The notes under the pieces were generated by a model. That model was not told the DNA's origin and did not search any database. It saw nothing but the letters and a program-made list of their open reading frames with translations. 64,000 nt of DNA from an uncultured Gemmatimonadales bacterium (lineage in GTDB: Bacteria > Gemmatimonadota > Gemmatimonadetes > Longimicrobiales > Gaopeijiaceae): positions 1-64,000 of the forward strand of contig CAWELD010000004.1 of assembly GCA_963809895.1 (NCBI GenBank), given 5' to 3'. This document shows, one piece after another, positions 62,061 to 64,000 of this stretch. The first letter of the stretch is position 1. Each line of letters starts with the position of its first letter. The translations under genes were made by a program, and so were the position numbers.

Positions 62061-64000
62061 ATGCGACCTCGGCTCATCACGGCTCTCGCGCTCACGGCGG
62101 GGGCGACGATCGCCATGTGGGGCTGCGAGCAGACGCAGCCCATCCAGTATCCGCAGACCCGCACCGTGGATCAGGTGGACGACTATCACGGGACGCAGGT
62201 CGCCGATCCCTATCGATGGCTCGAGAACGACACGGCCTCCGACGTGACGGACTGGGTCGAAGCCGAGAACGCCGTCACCTTCGCCTATCTGGACCAGATC
62301 CCGTTCCGCGACCAGCTCCGGCAGCGGCTGGAAGAGTTGATGGACTACCCGCGCTACAGCGCCCCGGCCCGCCGCGGGGACTACTACTTCTTCTCCAAGA
62401 ACGACGGGCTCCAGAACCAGAGCGTGATCTACGTGCAGGAAGGGTTGGACGGTGAGCCGCGCGTGCTTCTGGACCCCAACACTTTCTCCGACGACGGCAC
62501 CACCACGTTGTCGGCGTTCTCACCGTCGAGCGATGGCCGCTACGTGGTATACGGACAGTCCGTGGGCGGCTCCGACTGGAGCGAGTACCACGTCATGGAG
62601 GTGGCCACGGGCGAGACCCTGCCCGATGTGGTGGAGTGGGTGAAGGTCTCGGACGCCGCGTGGGCCGGGGACGGCTTCTTCTACAGCCGCTATCCCGCGC
62701 CCGCTCCCGGCCAGGAGCTCACCGCCGTGAACGAGAACCACAAGGTGTACTTCCACCGCGTGGGCACGGCGCAGGCGGATGACCAGCTCGTCTACGAGGA
62801 CCCGGAGCATCCGCAGCGCTTCAACATCGTGGGCACCACCGAAGACGAGCGCTACGCGATCCTGACCGTCGCGGACCGCGGCACGGGCAAGGACGGCAAC
62901 GCGGTGTTCTACCGCGACCTCACCCGGCCGGGCAACGACTTCCGGCCGCTGATCCCCGACATCACCGACGACACCTACAACGTCATGGAGCCCGTGGACG
63001 GCGCCTTCCTGGTCCAGACGAACCACGGAGCGCCCAACGGCCGCGTGGTGCGCATCCCCATGGCCAACCCCGGGGAGTCGAACTGGACCGACGTGCTCCC
63101 GGAGCGGACCAACGCACTCCAGTCCGCCGGCACCGGCGGCGGCAAGCTCTTCGCCACCTACCTCGAGGACGTGGCCACCCACGCCTACGTCTCCGACCTG
63201 GACGGCTCGAACCAGAACGAGATCGCGCTGCCCGGCGCCGGCGCGGCCGGCGGGTTCGGGGGCCTCTCCGACGACGCGCAGGTCTTCTACACCTACACGT
63301 CGTTCAACTACCCGCCCACGATCTTCCAGTACGACATCGCCTCGGGCGAGTCGACGGAGTTCCGGAGCGCCAAGGTCAACGGCTTCGATCCCGAGGACTA
63401 CGAGGTGAAGCAGGTCTTCGCCACCAGCAAGGACGGGACGCGCATCCCCATGTTCCTGACCTACCGGAAGGGACTGGAGCTCAACGGCGATAATCCGACC
63501 CTGCTTACAGGGTACGGGGGATTCGACATCTCGCTCACGCCCTCCTTCTCGCCCACCCGCGTCGCGCTCCTGGAGAACGGCTTCGTCTTCGCGCAGGCCA
63601 ACCTGCGCGGCGGCGGAGAGTACGGAGAAGCCTGGCACGAAGCGGGCATGAAGCTGAACAAGCAGAACGTGTTCGACGACTTCATCGCCTGCGCCGAGTG
63701 GCTCTTCGCCAACGATTACACGAATTCCGAACGGCTCGCGATCGGGGGGGATCCAATGGCGGCCTGCTCATGGGCGCGGTCACGAATCAGCGCCCGGATC
63801 TGGCCGAAGTCGTGGTGGCCGAGGCCGGCGTCATGGACATGCTCCGCTTCCAGAAGTGGACCATCGGCTGGAATTGGATCCCCGACTACGGCTCCAGCGA
63901 CGACCCCGAACAATTCCAGGCCCTCTACGCGTACTCGCCGGTGCACAACGTCCACCCGGGCACCGATTATCCCGCGGTGTTCATCACCACGGCGGATCAC
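62061..64000 (+). CDS. Prolyl oligopeptidase (S9A); frameshift near 63750; runs off the window
   Basis: 'YHGTQVADPYRWLE', 'KNDGLQNQSV', 'SKDGTRIPMF', 'GYGGF', 'NLRGGGEYG', 'KQNVFDDFI', 'GGSNGG', 'DMLRF'. Confidence 0.95.
   Translation, partial: MRPRLITALALTAGATIAMWGCEQTQPIQYPQTRTVDQVDDYHGTQVADPYRWLENDTASDVTDWVEAENAVTFAYLDQIPFRDQLRQRLEELMDYPRYSAPARRGDYYFFSKNDGLQNQSVIYVQEGLDGEPRVLLDPNTFSDDGTTTLSAFSPSSDGRYVVYGQSVGGSDWSEYHVMEVATGETLPDVVEWVKVSDAAWAGDGFFYSRYPAPAPGQELTAVNENHKVYFHRVGTAQADDQLVYEDPEHPQRFNIVGTTEDERYAILTVADRGTGKDGNAVFYRDLTRPGNDFRPLIPDITDDTYNVMEPVDGAFLVQTNHGAPNGRVVRIPMANPGESNWTDVLPERTNALQSAGTGGGKLFATYLEDVATHAYVSDLDGSNQNEIALPGAGAAGGFGGLSDDAQVFYTYTSFNYPPTIFQYDIASGESTEFRSAKVNGFDPEDYEVKQVFATSKDGTRIPMFLTYRKGLELNGDNPTLLTGYGGFDISLTPSFSPTRVALLENGFVFAQANLRGGGEYGEAWHEAGMKLNKQNVFDDFIACAEWLFANDYTNSERLAIGGDPMAACSWARSRISARIWPKSWWPRPASWTCSASRSGPSAGIGSPTTAPATTPNNSRPSTRTRRCTTSTRAPIIPRCSSPRRI

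Overview
GC-rich bacterial window. The gene repertoire (three MacB-like duplicated ABC permeases, one with PadR; beta-propeller lipoprotein; ECF sigma with TPR kinase) suggests Gemmatimonadota or a similar lineage (inference). Many genes carry frameshifts, clustered at about 1-11.5 kb, 37.5-44.5 kb and 52.7-55.9 kb; these are probably long-read indel errors, so coordinates of those genes are approximate. The left ~13 kb looks like a defence/conflict island. It holds a large sacsin-like protein with two GHKL ATPase modules (runs off the window), a probable TetR-receiver fusion divergent from a vWA gene with twin palindromic operators, an AbiEi/nucleotidyltransferase pair, RHH-MazF, back-to-back orphan Phd and HigA-type antitoxins with operator-like repeats, and an Nmad3-like gene. 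Next is an intact operon of an exported caspase-Ig-TolB protein, a beta-barrel-like protein and a membrane Ser/Thr kinase. The rest includes HipBA, two VapBC-type loci, an XPB-like helicase with DUF790 (Bax1-like) nuclease, peptidases (PepD, M28, S9), a binding protein/hybrid kinase module flanked by an exact 27-bp direct repeat, an unknown ~612-aa protein with a possible RelE-like tail, GH43, and a large Gly-rich Ig surface protein. No rRNA, tRNA, CRISPR array, integrase or transposase was recognised.
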